DNA of 64,000 bases. It comes from a bacterium. Its GTDB lineage: Bacteria; Patescibacteriota; Microgenomatia; Curtissbacterales; GWA2-41-24. The translations under genes were made by a program, and so were the position numbers. Each line of letters opens with the position of its first letter. Within the stretch, counting starts at the first letter, position 1. This document shows, piece by piece, positions 45,372 through 53,911 of the stretch. Location: positions 7,941 through 71,940 of the forward strand of contig JAKALT010000004.1 in assembly GCA_021813125.1 (NCBI GenBank). The letters run 5' to 3'. The notes beneath the pieces were generated by a model. That model saw nothing but the letters and a program-made list of their open reading frames with translations, was not told the origin of the DNA and did not search any database.

Positions 45372-46531
45372 ACCATTATTTTTGCCAGATATAGGATTGA
45401 GAAATAAACTGAGAAAAATACTCCCCAAAAAACCAAAAGGTAGAGGTATTTCAAGTTAAGTTTTTTTACAGGACCGGCAAGCAACAAAAAGATGAACGGA
45501 AAAAAATCGAGTGCGTAGCGGTATCCTACTTGTCTTTGGCCAATACCGTAATATGTGATTATCGGAATGAGAATGATAAGTGAAGTTATTGCGGACATTT
45601 TTATTAACTCTTTTTTGTAGTCGGCCCAAAAAACAAGGAATAGTATTGGTGAGAGAAATAAAATGCTTAAACCGTAGCTGTCAAATGTCAGGTAAGGGAA
45701 TTTTAAATCGTGTGAGTTGTCTTTGAAGATCGGTTCCGGCCCTTTAAGGATCATGTAGTATAAATTTGCCGGTAAATGTTTTATAGAAAACAGACCGGTA
45801 TTTCTTCTTTGCAGAGCTTCTTGGGGAACGATTTGATACCTGTAACCCTGTTCTAACGGGTTTTGAAATCTTAATTGGTTATAGATCCCTAATAAAAATA
45901 GACAAACTACGATTGGGGTTAAAAACTTCAGTAAATTTCCCAAATTGAACGGTTTTTTTGCAAGGAAATAGAGAAAGAAAATTGCGGTTGCTGCCAAATT
46001 TAATCGAGTAGCGATGGCAAAGGCGAGCAGAAGACCGATTAAGAGATAGCGTTTTTTAGTTAAAAATTCATAAATTACCAGAATCAGTATGCTGCAGACG
46101 ACAGTTTGGGCAAAATACCATGATCCCGGAAGCGATGCCAGGGGAAAGTATATTGAGCCAAAAATAAAAAAAGTCGCAAGAAGGATTGAGCGTTTTTTAT
46201 CAAGACCAAGAACAGTCGCTATTTTTGTAAGGAAGTAGAAATTAATGATGCTTAGCGGAAATGAAATAAACCCCTGATAAAAGTTTTTGAAAACGGCTAC
46301 AAAGGGAATAAGAATTATGGCTGGAAATGGTCCAAGCGGCCAATAATATTTGCCGTTGAAATAGGCGAAGTCGGAAACATTTTTAGGAACGGAGGTAGTT
46401 GAGAGGTTTCCCGAAATAAATGACCTGGCGAGAAAGACGAAATGTTGGGACGAATCTACTTCAAGATTTAAAACAAGAAGGATTGTAAAAAGCAGGAGGA
46501 GAATGTATGTTAGGGGATTTTTGTAGGACAT
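45368..46531 (-). CDS. GT-C-like polytopic membrane protein
   Basis: DFAYFNGKYYWPLGPFPA, YNQLRFQNPLEQGY, QVGYRYALDF; many TMs. Confidence 0.7.
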   Translation of the reverse strand: MSYKNPLTYILLLLFTILLVLNLEVDSSQHFVFLARSFISGNLSTTSVPKNVSDFAYFNGKYYWPLGPFPAIILIPFVAVFKNFYQGFISFPLSIINFYFLTKIATVLGLDKKRSILLATFFIFGSIYFPLASLPGSWYFAQTVVCSILILVIYEFLTKKRYLLIGLLLAFAIATRLNLAATAIFFLYFLAKKPFNLGNLLKFLTPIVVCLFLLGIYNQLRFQNPLEQGYRYQIVPQEALQRRNTGLFSIKHLPANLYYMILKGPEPIFKDNSHDLKFPYLTFDSYGLSILFLSPILFLVFWADYKKELIKMSAITSLIILIPIITYYGIGQRQVGYRYALDFFPFIFLLLAGPVKKLNLKYLYLLVFWGVFFSVYFSILYLAKIMV

Positions 46532-46591
46532 CAGCTCTGCTTTAATTATACAGTTGAAGGCTTGATGTCGATCGAGGGACTTTGTTGAGTG

Positions 46592-46676
46592 CGGAGAGGG
46601 TGGGATTCGAACCCACGGTAGCTTGCGCTACAGTCGTTTTCAAGACGACCGCACTAGTCCACTATGCGACCTCTCC
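46592..46676 (-). tRNA. tRNA-Ser(TGA)
   Basis: GGAGAGG/CCTCTCC acceptor, GTCGT-CT-TGA-AA-ACGAC anticodon arm, long variable arm, GGTTCGAATCC. Confidence 0.97.
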
Positions 46677-46682
46677 AAATAG

Positions 46683-46772
46683 CGGAGGAGGTGGGATTCG
46701 AACCCACGTGAGCCGTTTATAGGCTCGCGAGTTTAGCAAACTCGTGCAATGGACCAGCTATGCGACTCCTCC
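46683..46772 (-). tRNA. tRNA-Ser(GCT)
   Basis: GGAGGAG/CTCCTCC acceptor, CGAGT-TT-GCT-AA-ACTCG, long variable arm. Confidence 0.97.
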
Positions 46773-47381
46773 TTGAGAACAAAAACCTTCAAAAATGCCT
46801 AGTAATCTAAGTTGTATTTTATTGTCTATATACCTTAGGCTGCACGTACCAGGATAATTTTGACGTTTCATTTTACCACGCGGTTGTGTTACTGTGGGCT
46901 TTAAAAATTTTCCGGTTGGTATTTCCAACAAACGGCTCCAGTATTTTATAAGTTTTGAATAGGTATGGGTATTGTGTATTTGAAGTTGAACGCGAAGTTT
47001 ATTCTCATCAAGTTTGAACCCTTTCCTTAAAAGAAAGAGGAAAGTTTTAACCAGGCTAGGGTCGCTATTTACAAAAGCTATTATGTTTGTTGCAGGGTAT
47101 TTTGCGCCTTCACAACCATATAAAAGTGCAGCGAGAAATTTGGCCATATCGCTAGATATTGCTTTTTGTTCCGGGACTAAATTTAAGTCAAGGCGTTTAG
47201 TTTTCTCTCTGCGTAATTTGTTATTAGTGATAAGAGATTGTTTTCTGTCAATTCTCAGATCAATGCACCAATTTCTAACACTACTGGAAGGTACATTTAA
47301 CAATTTGCTTATCTCGTAAAGAGAAAGTTGTTTTTCCCTTAGTTCTCGTGCTTCAGAGACAACTGAACTCGGGTATTTCAT
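46758..47381 (-). CDS. HTH + single LAGLIDADG-like domain protein
   Basis: N-terminal ARELREKQLSLYEISKLLNVPSSSVRNW (HTH), LAALLYGCEGAK, FVNSDP, KYWS, GTCSLRY. Stop codon lies inside tRNA-Ser(GCT). Confidence 0.7.
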   Translation of the reverse strand: MKYPSSVVSEARELREKQLSLYEISKLLNVPSSSVRNWCIDLRIDRKQSLITNNKLRREKTKRLDLNLVPEQKAISSDMAKFLAALLYGCEGAKYPATNIIAFVNSDPSLVKTFLFLLRKGFKLDENKLRVQLQIHNTHTYSKLIKYWSRLLEIPTGKFLKPTVTQPRGKMKRQNYPGTCSLRYIDNKIQLRLLGIFEGFCSQGGVA

Positions 47382-47518
47382 TGGATTAACTGCACGGTTT
47401 TAGTATATCATTATCTTTGCTTTTAGAAGAAAGGCTAGCTGTGTTCTGAATTTAGCTAGGTCGAACAAAAGTCAGAACCAATTTTGGGATTTTGTGTTAA
47501 ACTCTAAATATAACTGCC

Positions 47519-48094
47519 GTGGCGAAGTTTATAAGAAATAACCCTGAACTTGACAGCGAACCGCAGCGGATTCTTTCCAAAGAAGAACTTGATACAAAGC
47601 ATCAAGTAGCACTTGAGGCAAAAACAATTATTTCATGGAAATCCCCTGTGAGAGTTTTTAAAGCCAGATCCCGTCAATATTTTATTAAAGTCGGGCTTTA
47701 TGGGTTGGTTTTTATGCTGGCGGCTATCGCGTTTGGAGAGTTTCTGTTGGTTGGTGTAATAATGGCCGTTATTTTTCTGGTGTATGTTTTGGCCTCCGTT
47801 GCCCCTGAGACAATTGATCATAGGATTACCGGTATGGGAATTGTATCCGGGGACCGATCGTTTTTATGGGATGATTTGGATTCGTTCTGGTTTGATAGGC
47901 GTGGTGACGACAGGCTTTTGGTTGTACAAACTAAACTGCGATTTCCATCGAGACTGATTATCCTTTTGACGACGGTTTCCGAGCGGGCGCTTTTGGATAT
48001 TTTAGAAAAGCATCTGCATTACCACAGAGGGCCTGTGCATACTTTATTTGATAAGTGGGCTTTATTCTTACAGGAACGAGTCAATTTGGAGTAG
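47519..48094 (+). CDS. Two-TM hypothetical protein (PH-like C-terminus)
   Basis: W-x-SP-x-R N-terminus, two TMs, ITGMGI...FLWDDLDSFWF. Confidence 0.75.
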   Translation: MAKFIRNNPELDSEPQRILSKEELDTKHQVALEAKTIISWKSPVRVFKARSRQYFIKVGLYGLVFMLAAIAFGEFLLVGVIMAVIFLVYVLASVAPETIDHRITGMGIVSGDRSFLWDDLDSFWFDRRGDDRLLVVQTKLRFPSRLIILLTTVSERALLDILEKHLHYHRGPVHTLFDKWALFLQERVNLE

Positions 48095-48171
48095 CCCACT
48101 TGCAGTCCTCGGCTTTGCCTGCGGGTCTAAAGTGGGCGTTATTCCTTCAGGAAAGAGTCAATCTAGAGTAG
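48053..48171 (+). repeat. 42-bp direct repeat of the gene 3' end (synonymous variants)
   Basis: 48053-48094 and 48130-48171 both encode KWALFLQERVNLE*, with 6 nucleotide differences. Confidence 0.92.
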
Positions 48172-48257
48172 CCAACGACCTCACTTAGCTTACTGAAGCA
48201 AATTCTCGAATATAATTAGAAAAAGTTTGGCGCAAAAGTTATAATTAGCACGCATTT

Positions 48258-48331
48258 GCGCCCATAGCTCAATTGGATAGAGCACAACCTTGCGGAGGTT
48301 GCGGTTGGGGGTTCGAGTCCCTTTGGGCGCA
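48258..48331 (+). tRNA. tRNA-Arg(GCG)
   Basis: GCGCCCA/TGGGCGC acceptor, CAACC-TT-GCG-GA-GGTTG, GGTTCGAGTCC. Confidence 0.93.
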
Positions 48332-48339
48332 CAGATAGG

Positions 48340-48429
48340 GGAGGCGTCGCATAGTGGACTAGTGCGGTCGTTTCGAAAACGACTATCGGGGCAACTCGAT
48401 CAGAGGTTCGAATCCTCTCGCCTCCGCCA
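48340..48429 (+). tRNA. tRNA-Ser(CGA)
   Basis: GGAGGCG/CGCCTCC-GCCA, GTCGT-TT-CGA-AA-ACGAC, long variable arm. Confidence 0.97.
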
Positions 48430-48432
48430 GGT

Positions 48433-48864
48433 ATGAGATTAGCTATAGTTTGCAGCCTCACATTTTTTTTGGAGGCCGGCGAAATTAAAAGGAAACTGGA
48501 AGAAAAAGGCCATAGTGTGAGCCTTCCATATTCAGTAGAGAGACTTCTAAAGGGAGAACTAAAGATTGAAAAGATTAATAAAATGAAGCAGGATGGAAGT
48601 TTCAATAAATACGTCAGATCGAATGATTTAATCAGGCGAAATTGGATAAGGATGAAAAATGATGATGCTATTCTGGTTATTAATTTGGAGAAGAAAGGTA
48701 TTAAGGGATATGTCGGCGGTAATACTTTTCTTGAAATGGGGTTAGCTTTTGTAAACCACATGAAGATTTTCTTATGGGACCCGATTCCAAATATGGAGTA
48801 CTCGGATGAAATACACTCTATGGATCCTGTAGTTATAAATGGAAATATCGATCAGGTTATGTAA
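48433..48864 (+). CDS. Nucleoside 2-deoxyribosyltransferase-like protein
   Basis: DAILVINLEKKGIKGYVGGNTFLEMGLAF...KIFLWDPIP fits an NDT-like fold (D-a-i-l-v ... G-x-x-t-x-x-E). Confidence 0.55.
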   Translation: MRLAIVCSLTFFLEAGEIKRKLEEKGHSVSLPYSVERLLKGELKIEKINKMKQDGSFNKYVRSNDLIRRNWIRMKNDDAILVINLEKKGIKGYVGGNTFLEMGLAFVNHMKIFLWDPIPNMEYSDEIHSMDPVVINGNIDQVM

Positions 48865-48901
48865 ATATTAAAAAATTCTCCGTATTTGATAGAATTTTAT
48901 T

Positions 48902-49198
48902 GTGGAGTATTTCCGAAATAAGGTTGTTAATGTTGTTGTAATTTTCGCCGCTTCTTTTTTTGTTGGTGCGCAATGGCCGAGAACAGAAATTGACCGACAA
49001 GCGTGGGGCTTCCCCTTTGTTTATAAATGGGTAATGAAGCCCGAATTCACTTTTCCCGAGCAAATAAACTCGCACTTCAGCCTTTTTTTTCTGGCGCTTA
49101 ATGTTCTTCTTCTGTTTTTGGCGGGGATTATGACCTGGTTTCTTGTAAGCTGGGCAATTTGGTTTATTCGGCAGATTACATATAAAATCAGCGCTTAG
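48902..49198 (+). CDS. Small membrane hypothetical protein
   Basis: Two hydrophobic stretches flanking WGFPF; GTG start. Confidence 0.5.
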   Translation: MEYFRNKVVNVVVIFAASFFVGAQWPRTEIDRQAWGFPFVYKWVMKPEFTFPEQINSHFSLFFLALNVLLLFLAGIMTWFLVSWAIWFIRQITYKISA

Positions 49199-49239
49199 TC
49201 TCCGCACGAAAATTCCCTATCTGGTAAAATCTTGCTGTT

Positions 49240-49665
49240 ATGGTTAAACGCGTATTTTCGGCCGGCGGGATAGTAATAAAAATAGAAGATAGTGTTATAA
49301 AAGTTCTAGTGACCCAACACTCCGGACACCACGGATGGGATTTTCCAAAAGGCCATTTGGAAGCTGGTGAAAGTAGCGAGCAAGCAGCTCTGAGGGAGGT
49401 TGAGGAGGAAACCGGTGTCCGCGGGAAGATTTTGGAGAAAGTTGGGCAAACACAGTATTTTTACTTTGAAGAGAGCCAGAAAGTTTTTAAGACAGTAACG
49501 TTTTTTTTGATGGAATATATTTCCGAAGGCAAAGCTTCAACAGCGTTTGAGGTAAGTGATAAAGTTTGGCTTCCGGTTGGCGAGGTTGAGAAAAAATTGA
49601 CATTTAAGGACACAAAAAGACTTTGGGAAGAGGCAAAAGAAAAGATCGGGGAGTTAAACTATTGA
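49240..49665 (+). CDS. NUDIX hydrolase (Ap4A-hydrolase-like)
   Basis: SAGG, WDFPKGHLEAGESSEQAALREVEEETG (Nudix box). Confidence 0.93.
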   Translation: MVKRVFSAGGIVIKIEDSVIKVLVTQHSGHHGWDFPKGHLEAGESSEQAALREVEEETGVRGKILEKVGQTQYFYFEESQKVFKTVTFFLMEYISEGKASTAFEVSDKVWLPVGEVEKKLTFKDTKRLWEEAKEKIGELNY

Positions 49666-49689
49666 TTTCGGGTTTAATTCGGAATAAAA

Positions 49690-50448
49690 TTGATTGTGAA
49701 ATCAAACCTATTAAAGTATCCTCTTAAAAGTCATAGAAAAGAAATTTTAATTCCTCAGGAATCTGTATATCTTGCAGAGTTCATGGGAATTGTTTTTGGA
49801 GATGGGGGAATTAACAATGATTGGCAACTGGTTATATCTTTGAATAGTGAACGAGACCTTGAGTACAGCAAGTACGTAGTTAAACTTATTAAAACCCTTT
49901 TTAGTCTCGAAATTTCTATAAGAAAAAGACCAAGACAGAATACACTTGTAATCGTTTGTTCGAGTATGAATTTACTCGATTTTTTAATTGAAAAAGGGGC
50001 GGTTAAGGGTAATAAAATCCGACAAAAATTCGATATTCCTAAGTGGATAAGTGGGAACAGTAGTTATGAAAAGGCGTTTGTAAGAGGAGTGGTTGATACT
50101 GATGGATGTTTATATACCCACAAACATAAGGTTGCAGGTAAGGTCTATACAAATATAGGATTTTGTTTTGCAAGTTCTTCGCCACCTCTTTTAAAAAGTG
50201 TTGGGAATATACTTCGTTTGGTGGGAATCGAACCACACATTAAGTATGAGAAAAATAGTATCTATTTGTATAGCAGTAAAGCCGTGTTAAAATATCTTCA
50301 AATTTTTGGATCTTCCAATCCTAGAGTCTTAAATAAGTATATAAACTGGAGAGGTGCTGGAGTGGACGATCAGGCAGACCTGGAAAGTCTGTATAGCCGC
50401 AAGGTTATCGTGGGTTCGAATCCCACCCTCTCCGCTTTAAATAATTAA
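49690..50448 (+). CDS. Double-motif LAGLIDADG homing-endonuclease-like protein
   Basis: LAEFMGIVFGDGG and FVRGVVDTDGC motifs; the frame stays open through tRNA-Ser(GGA). Confidence 0.85.
   Translation: MIVKSNLLKYPLKSHRKEILIPQESVYLAEFMGIVFGDGGINNDWQLVISLNSERDLEYSKYVVKLIKTLFSLEISIRKRPRQNTLVIVCSSMNLLDFLIEKGAVKGNKIRQKFDIPKWISGNSSYEKAFVRGVVDTDGCLYTHKHKVAGKVYTNIGFCFASSSPPLLKSVGNILRLVGIEPHIKYEKNSIYLYSSKAVLKYLQIFGSSNPRVLNKYINWRGAGVDDQADLESLYSRKVIVGSNPTLSALNN
50348..50434 (+). tRNA. tRNA-Ser(GGA)
   Basis: GGAGAGG/CCTCTCC-G, CAGAC-CT-GGA-AA-GTCTG, long variable arm, GGTTCGAATCC. Confidence 0.96.
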
Positions 50449-50775
50449 ATGAAAGATTCTCTATTTAATAAATTACCCTTAGCCTTTGTGATTGCTGGTT
50501 TGTGGTCAGCTATAGGTTTTGTCGGGATGGTTATGGGTACAGGTTGTTTTGGTCCAGGTGGCTTAAGCGGTCACCTTTTTCAAACAGATTGTTCATTGAT
50601 ATACAGAGCATTAGTTGTTGTAATGGCTTTACCTTATTTCCTTATGGGTCTAGTCTTGAGATCTATTGAGAGTTGGGATGCTATAGTATTTATGTTTTCT
50701 GGTTTTGTTTTTTCGCTTATATTATCTTTTTTGTTGGTTAATTTAATCTCATTTTTTTGGGCAAAGAAGAAATAG
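50449..50775 (+). CDS. Small membrane hypothetical protein
   Basis: 108 aa, three hydrophobic segments, AT-rich. Confidence 0.6.
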   Translation: MKDSLFNKLPLAFVIAGLWSAIGFVGMVMGTGCFGPGGLSGHLFQTDCSLIYRALVVVMALPYFLMGLVLRSIESWDAIVFMFSGFVFSLILSFLLVNLISFFWAKKK

Positions 50776-50875
50776 TCGATTATAAAACAAAATATTGGAC
50801 ATTTTGATATTTGAGCAGGTTGGAACAAAAGGTAGTTAATAACTGTAGGTTGCTTGGTATATAATTCGGGACGAG

Positions 50876-52732
50876 ATGGATCAGAAGGACGAAGTTAAAA
50901 GCAAGGTTGATATTGTTGAGGTAATCTCATCCTATGTTCCCCTTAAAAAAGCCGGGCGAAATTTTTCGGGATTGTGCCCATTCCATAGCGAAAAGACGCC
51001 TTCGTTTATGGTTTCTGCCGAGCGGCAGGTTTTTAAATGCTTCGGGTGCGGTGAATCCGGCGACGTTTTTACATTTTTGGAAAAAATTGAGGGTTGGGAA
51101 TTTCGAGAATCACTTGAGGAGCTTGCCTCGCGGGTTGGGGTAAAGCTTAAATCATTTGCTCCGAGTGCCCAGTCGAGGGAAAAGGAGAAAATTCTAGCGA
51201 TAAATGAACTGTCCGGCAAGTTTTACGGGCATATTTTAAACAAGCACGGGTTGGGTGAGAGAGCCAGAAAATATTTGGAAGACAGGGGTGTCAAGCCAAA
51301 GGCATGGGCAGATTACGGGTTGGGTTTTGCACCGGCCGGGTGGCAAAATCTTCTGGACTTTTTGGTAAAACGCGGTTTTTCGGGGGCTGATATTGCGGCA
51401 TCGGGTTTGGTAATCGCAAGACAAGGGTATAGCAAAGAAGGAGAGTCATTTTACGACAGGTTCAGGGGCCGGTTGATTTTTCCCTTGAAGGATGCGAGGG
51501 GAGTGATACTTGGTTTTTCGGCAAGAGTGATAGACGATGCAACATTTGACAAGAAACAAGAGACAAGAAACGAGCCGAAGTATGTTAATTCACCGGAAAC
51601 TCCGGTTTTTAACAAAGGCTCTCTTCTTTTCGGGTTGGATGTTGCCAAAACCTCAATTCGCAGTAAAAACGAAGCCCTTTTGGTGGAAGGTGAATTTGAT
51701 GTTATATCGGCCCACCAGGCAGGTGTTGAGAACGTCGTAGCTTCCAAGGGTACGGCTTTAACCGAAAAGCAGGTAGCGCTGGTTTCGAGGATGTGTGAGA
51801 ATGTGGCGCTTTGTTTTGACGGCGATATAGCAGGTGATGCGGCCGCAAGGAGAGGAATTGAGCTTTTGGATATGGCAGGTGTTTTAGTCAAAGTGGTCAA
51901 ACTTGGTAAGTTTAAAGACCCGGATGAGTTTATTAAAAGCGATAGCGCCGGTTTTAAAAAAGCAATTAGTTCTGCCGAAAATATTTACGATTTTTATATA
52001 GAGTCTGCGCTTTCACGGTTTGACGGCACGACGGCTGAGGGCAAAAAGAAAATCGGGGGAGAAGTGCTTGGAGTCTTTGCAAAAATTTCAGACGATATGG
52101 TTCGGGCCCATTACATCGAGAAGCTTTCAAGGGTATTGGATTTGGATGTTGGTCTTGTTGCCCAGGCGGTCGAAAAACGTTTGCCTGCAGGGGTTATTGA
52201 ATCCGGGCAAGCTTCATCTTTGGGAGGTACAGGTAGCAAAGACGGAGCGAGTTTGGAAAGGTATTTTTTGGCACTTTTAGTTTCCGGGGATAGTTTGGAG
52301 ACAGAAGTTTTGGGTTTTTTGAATAATGACGATTTTAGTGACACACGGGCAAAAACTTTCTTTATTTGGCTTCATGATATAATAACTGCTCCAAAGAGAA
52401 GAAAAGGGAAACAATCGACCAAAAAAACTTTGCTTAGCCAGAAGAGTTTAGCAGTTCTTTTGCGTAAGCTGCCTTCTGATTTAGCAAGTTTTGTTGATGA
52501 TTTATTTCTTCTTAATATAAGCCCGGCACTTTCAGACAAGGATTTATGGACTTCTGAGGTGAAGGGTGTTTCTGGTAGGATAAAACGTATAGCTTTAAAG
52601 AGAAAGCTCGGGGAGCTTTCCCATGATATAAAAATTGCAGAAGCGAGATCTGATGTTCGTGAAGCCGCAATTTTAACGAAGAAGTTTAGTGAACTTTCGA
52701 AAACTTTAAAGGGAGGTTTAAATAATGCCTAA
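50876..52732 (+). CDS. dnaG: DNA primase
   Basis: [11 protein letters not shown]...[41 protein letters not shown]. Confidence 0.98.
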   Translation: MDQKDEVKSKVDIVEVISSYVPLKKAGRNFSGLCPFHSEKTPSFMVSAERQVFKCFGCGESGDVFTFLEKIEGWEFRESLEELASRVGVKLKSFAPSAQSREKEKILAINELSGKFYGHILNKHGLGERARKYLEDRGVKPKAWADYGLGFAPAGWQNLLDFLVKRGFSGADIAASGLVIARQGYSKEGESFYDRFRGRLIFPLKDARGVILGFSARVIDDATFDKKQETRNEPKYVNSPETPVFNKGSLLFGLDVAKTSIRSKNEALLVEGEFDVISAHQAGVENVVASKGTALTEKQVALVSRMCENVALCFDGDIAGDAAARRGIELLDMAGVLVKVVKLGKFKDPDEFIKSDSAGFKKAISSAENIYDFYIESALSRFDGTTAEGKKKIGGEVLGVFAKISDDMVRAHYIEKLSRVLDLDVGLVAQAVEKRLPAGVIESGQASSLGGTGSKDGASLERYFLALLVSGDSLETEVLGFLNNDDFSDTRAKTFFIWLHDIITAPKRRKGKQSTKKTLLSQKSLAVLLRKLPSDLASFVDDLFLLNISPALSDKDLWTSEVKGVSGRIKRIALKRKLGELSHDIKIAEARSDVREAAILTKKFSELSKTLKGGLNNA

Positions 52733-53852
52733 GAAGGCAGCAAGTCAAAAAACAAAGGAAGAAAAGACCGGGAAAAATATCGATGTAAAAGCCGAGATTA
52801 GAAAGCTTTTGAAGCGTGGCCGAGAGCAGGGATTTATCGCTCAAGAAGACGTTTTGGCAATTTTCCCAGCACCGGAGGATTCAATTGCCGAAATAGATGA
52901 ACTTTTCCATAGATGCCTTGAAGAGGGTATTGACGTTTTTGACACTACGGAAATCGACGTTTCAGATGCAACAAAGTCGGTAACAGAACTAGAAAAGGAG
53001 CTGGAGAGCCTGGCTTCTTTGGAAGAAGGTTATCTTTCGGATCCGGTGAGGATGTATCTTAGGGAAATTGGCCGTGTTTCACTTTTGACATATGAAGAGG
53101 AAGTTTCTTTGGCAAAGAGAGTTGAGAAATCTGACAGACGAGCCCGCGAGAAACTAATCAACGCCAATTTAAGACTTGTTGTTTCCATTGCCAAAAAATA
53201 TGTTAACCGGGGCTTGACGCTTTTGGATTTGATTGAGGAGGGAAACATTGGTTTGATGCGGGCGGTTGCCAAGTACGACTGGAGACGCGGATATAAGTTT
53301 TCGACTTATGCAACATGGTGGATCAGGCAGGCAATAACCAGGGCGATTGCCGACCAGGCAAGGACGATTCGGATTCCGGTTCACATGGTTGAGACAATTA
53401 ACAAATTCAACCGTGTTTCCAGAAAGCTGATGCAGGAGTTGGGGAGGGAGCCAACGCCCGAAGAGGTGGCAATGGAGATGGAAGTGCCGCCGGAAAAGGT
53501 TAGAGAGATTATCAAAGTTTCGCAGGAACCGGCATCTCTGGAAGCACCGGTTGGAGAGGAAGAGGATTCAAGGCTTGGGGATTTTATCCAGGATGCTTCT
53601 GCAGGCCCAACAGACCAGGCGACGCAGGCGCTTTTAAAAGATGACATCCGCGAAATGCTGGCGACCCTTTCTCCGAGAGAAGCCAAGGTTTTGGAATACC
53701 GGTTTGGACTTGAGGACGGTAAGCAGAGGACACTGGAGGAAGTAGGCAAAGAATTTGGTGTGACCCGCGAGCGAATCAGGCAAATTGAGGCTAAGGCTAT
53801 CCGCAAACTAAGGCATCCCACCCGGGCGAAGAAGCTAAGGGATTACCTTTAA
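52725..53852 (+). CDS. rpoD: Primary sigma-70 factor
   Basis: [64 protein letters not shown]. Confidence 0.99.
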   Translation: MPKKAASQKTKEEKTGKNIDVKAEIRKLLKRGREQGFIAQEDVLAIFPAPEDSIAEIDELFHRCLEEGIDVFDTTEIDVSDATKSVTELEKELESLASLEEGYLSDPVRMYLREIGRVSLLTYEEEVSLAKRVEKSDRRAREKLINANLRLVVSIAKKYVNRGLTLLDLIEEGNIGLMRAVAKYDWRRGYKFSTYATWWIRQAITRAIADQARTIRIPVHMVETINKFNRVSRKLMQELGREPTPEEVAMEMEVPPEKVREIIKVSQEPASLEAPVGEEEDSRLGDFIQDASAGPTDQATQALLKDDIREMLATLSPREAKVLEYRFGLEDGKQRTLEEVGKEFGVTRERIRQIEAKAIRKLRHPTRAKKLRDYL

Positions 53853-53911
53853 AATTTTCAATTAATAATTTCTAATTTTCAATTGCCGGCTAAGGTGGTT
53901 TAATAAGCCTA

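Noticed and set aside
48053-48171. DGR template/variable repeat pair
   Set aside because: The mismatches are not adenine-specific on either strand, all are synonymous, and no reverse transcriptase is in the window.
48216-48761. 181-aa minus-strand ORF
   Set aside because: It is antisense to two tRNAs and a better-supported gene; GGERIRTSD is a typical tRNA-antisense translation.
46758-50448. LAGLIDADG genes as intron- or intein-encoded
   Set aside because: The adjacent tRNAs are intact and uninterrupted; I found no group I core motifs or intein splice residues around them.
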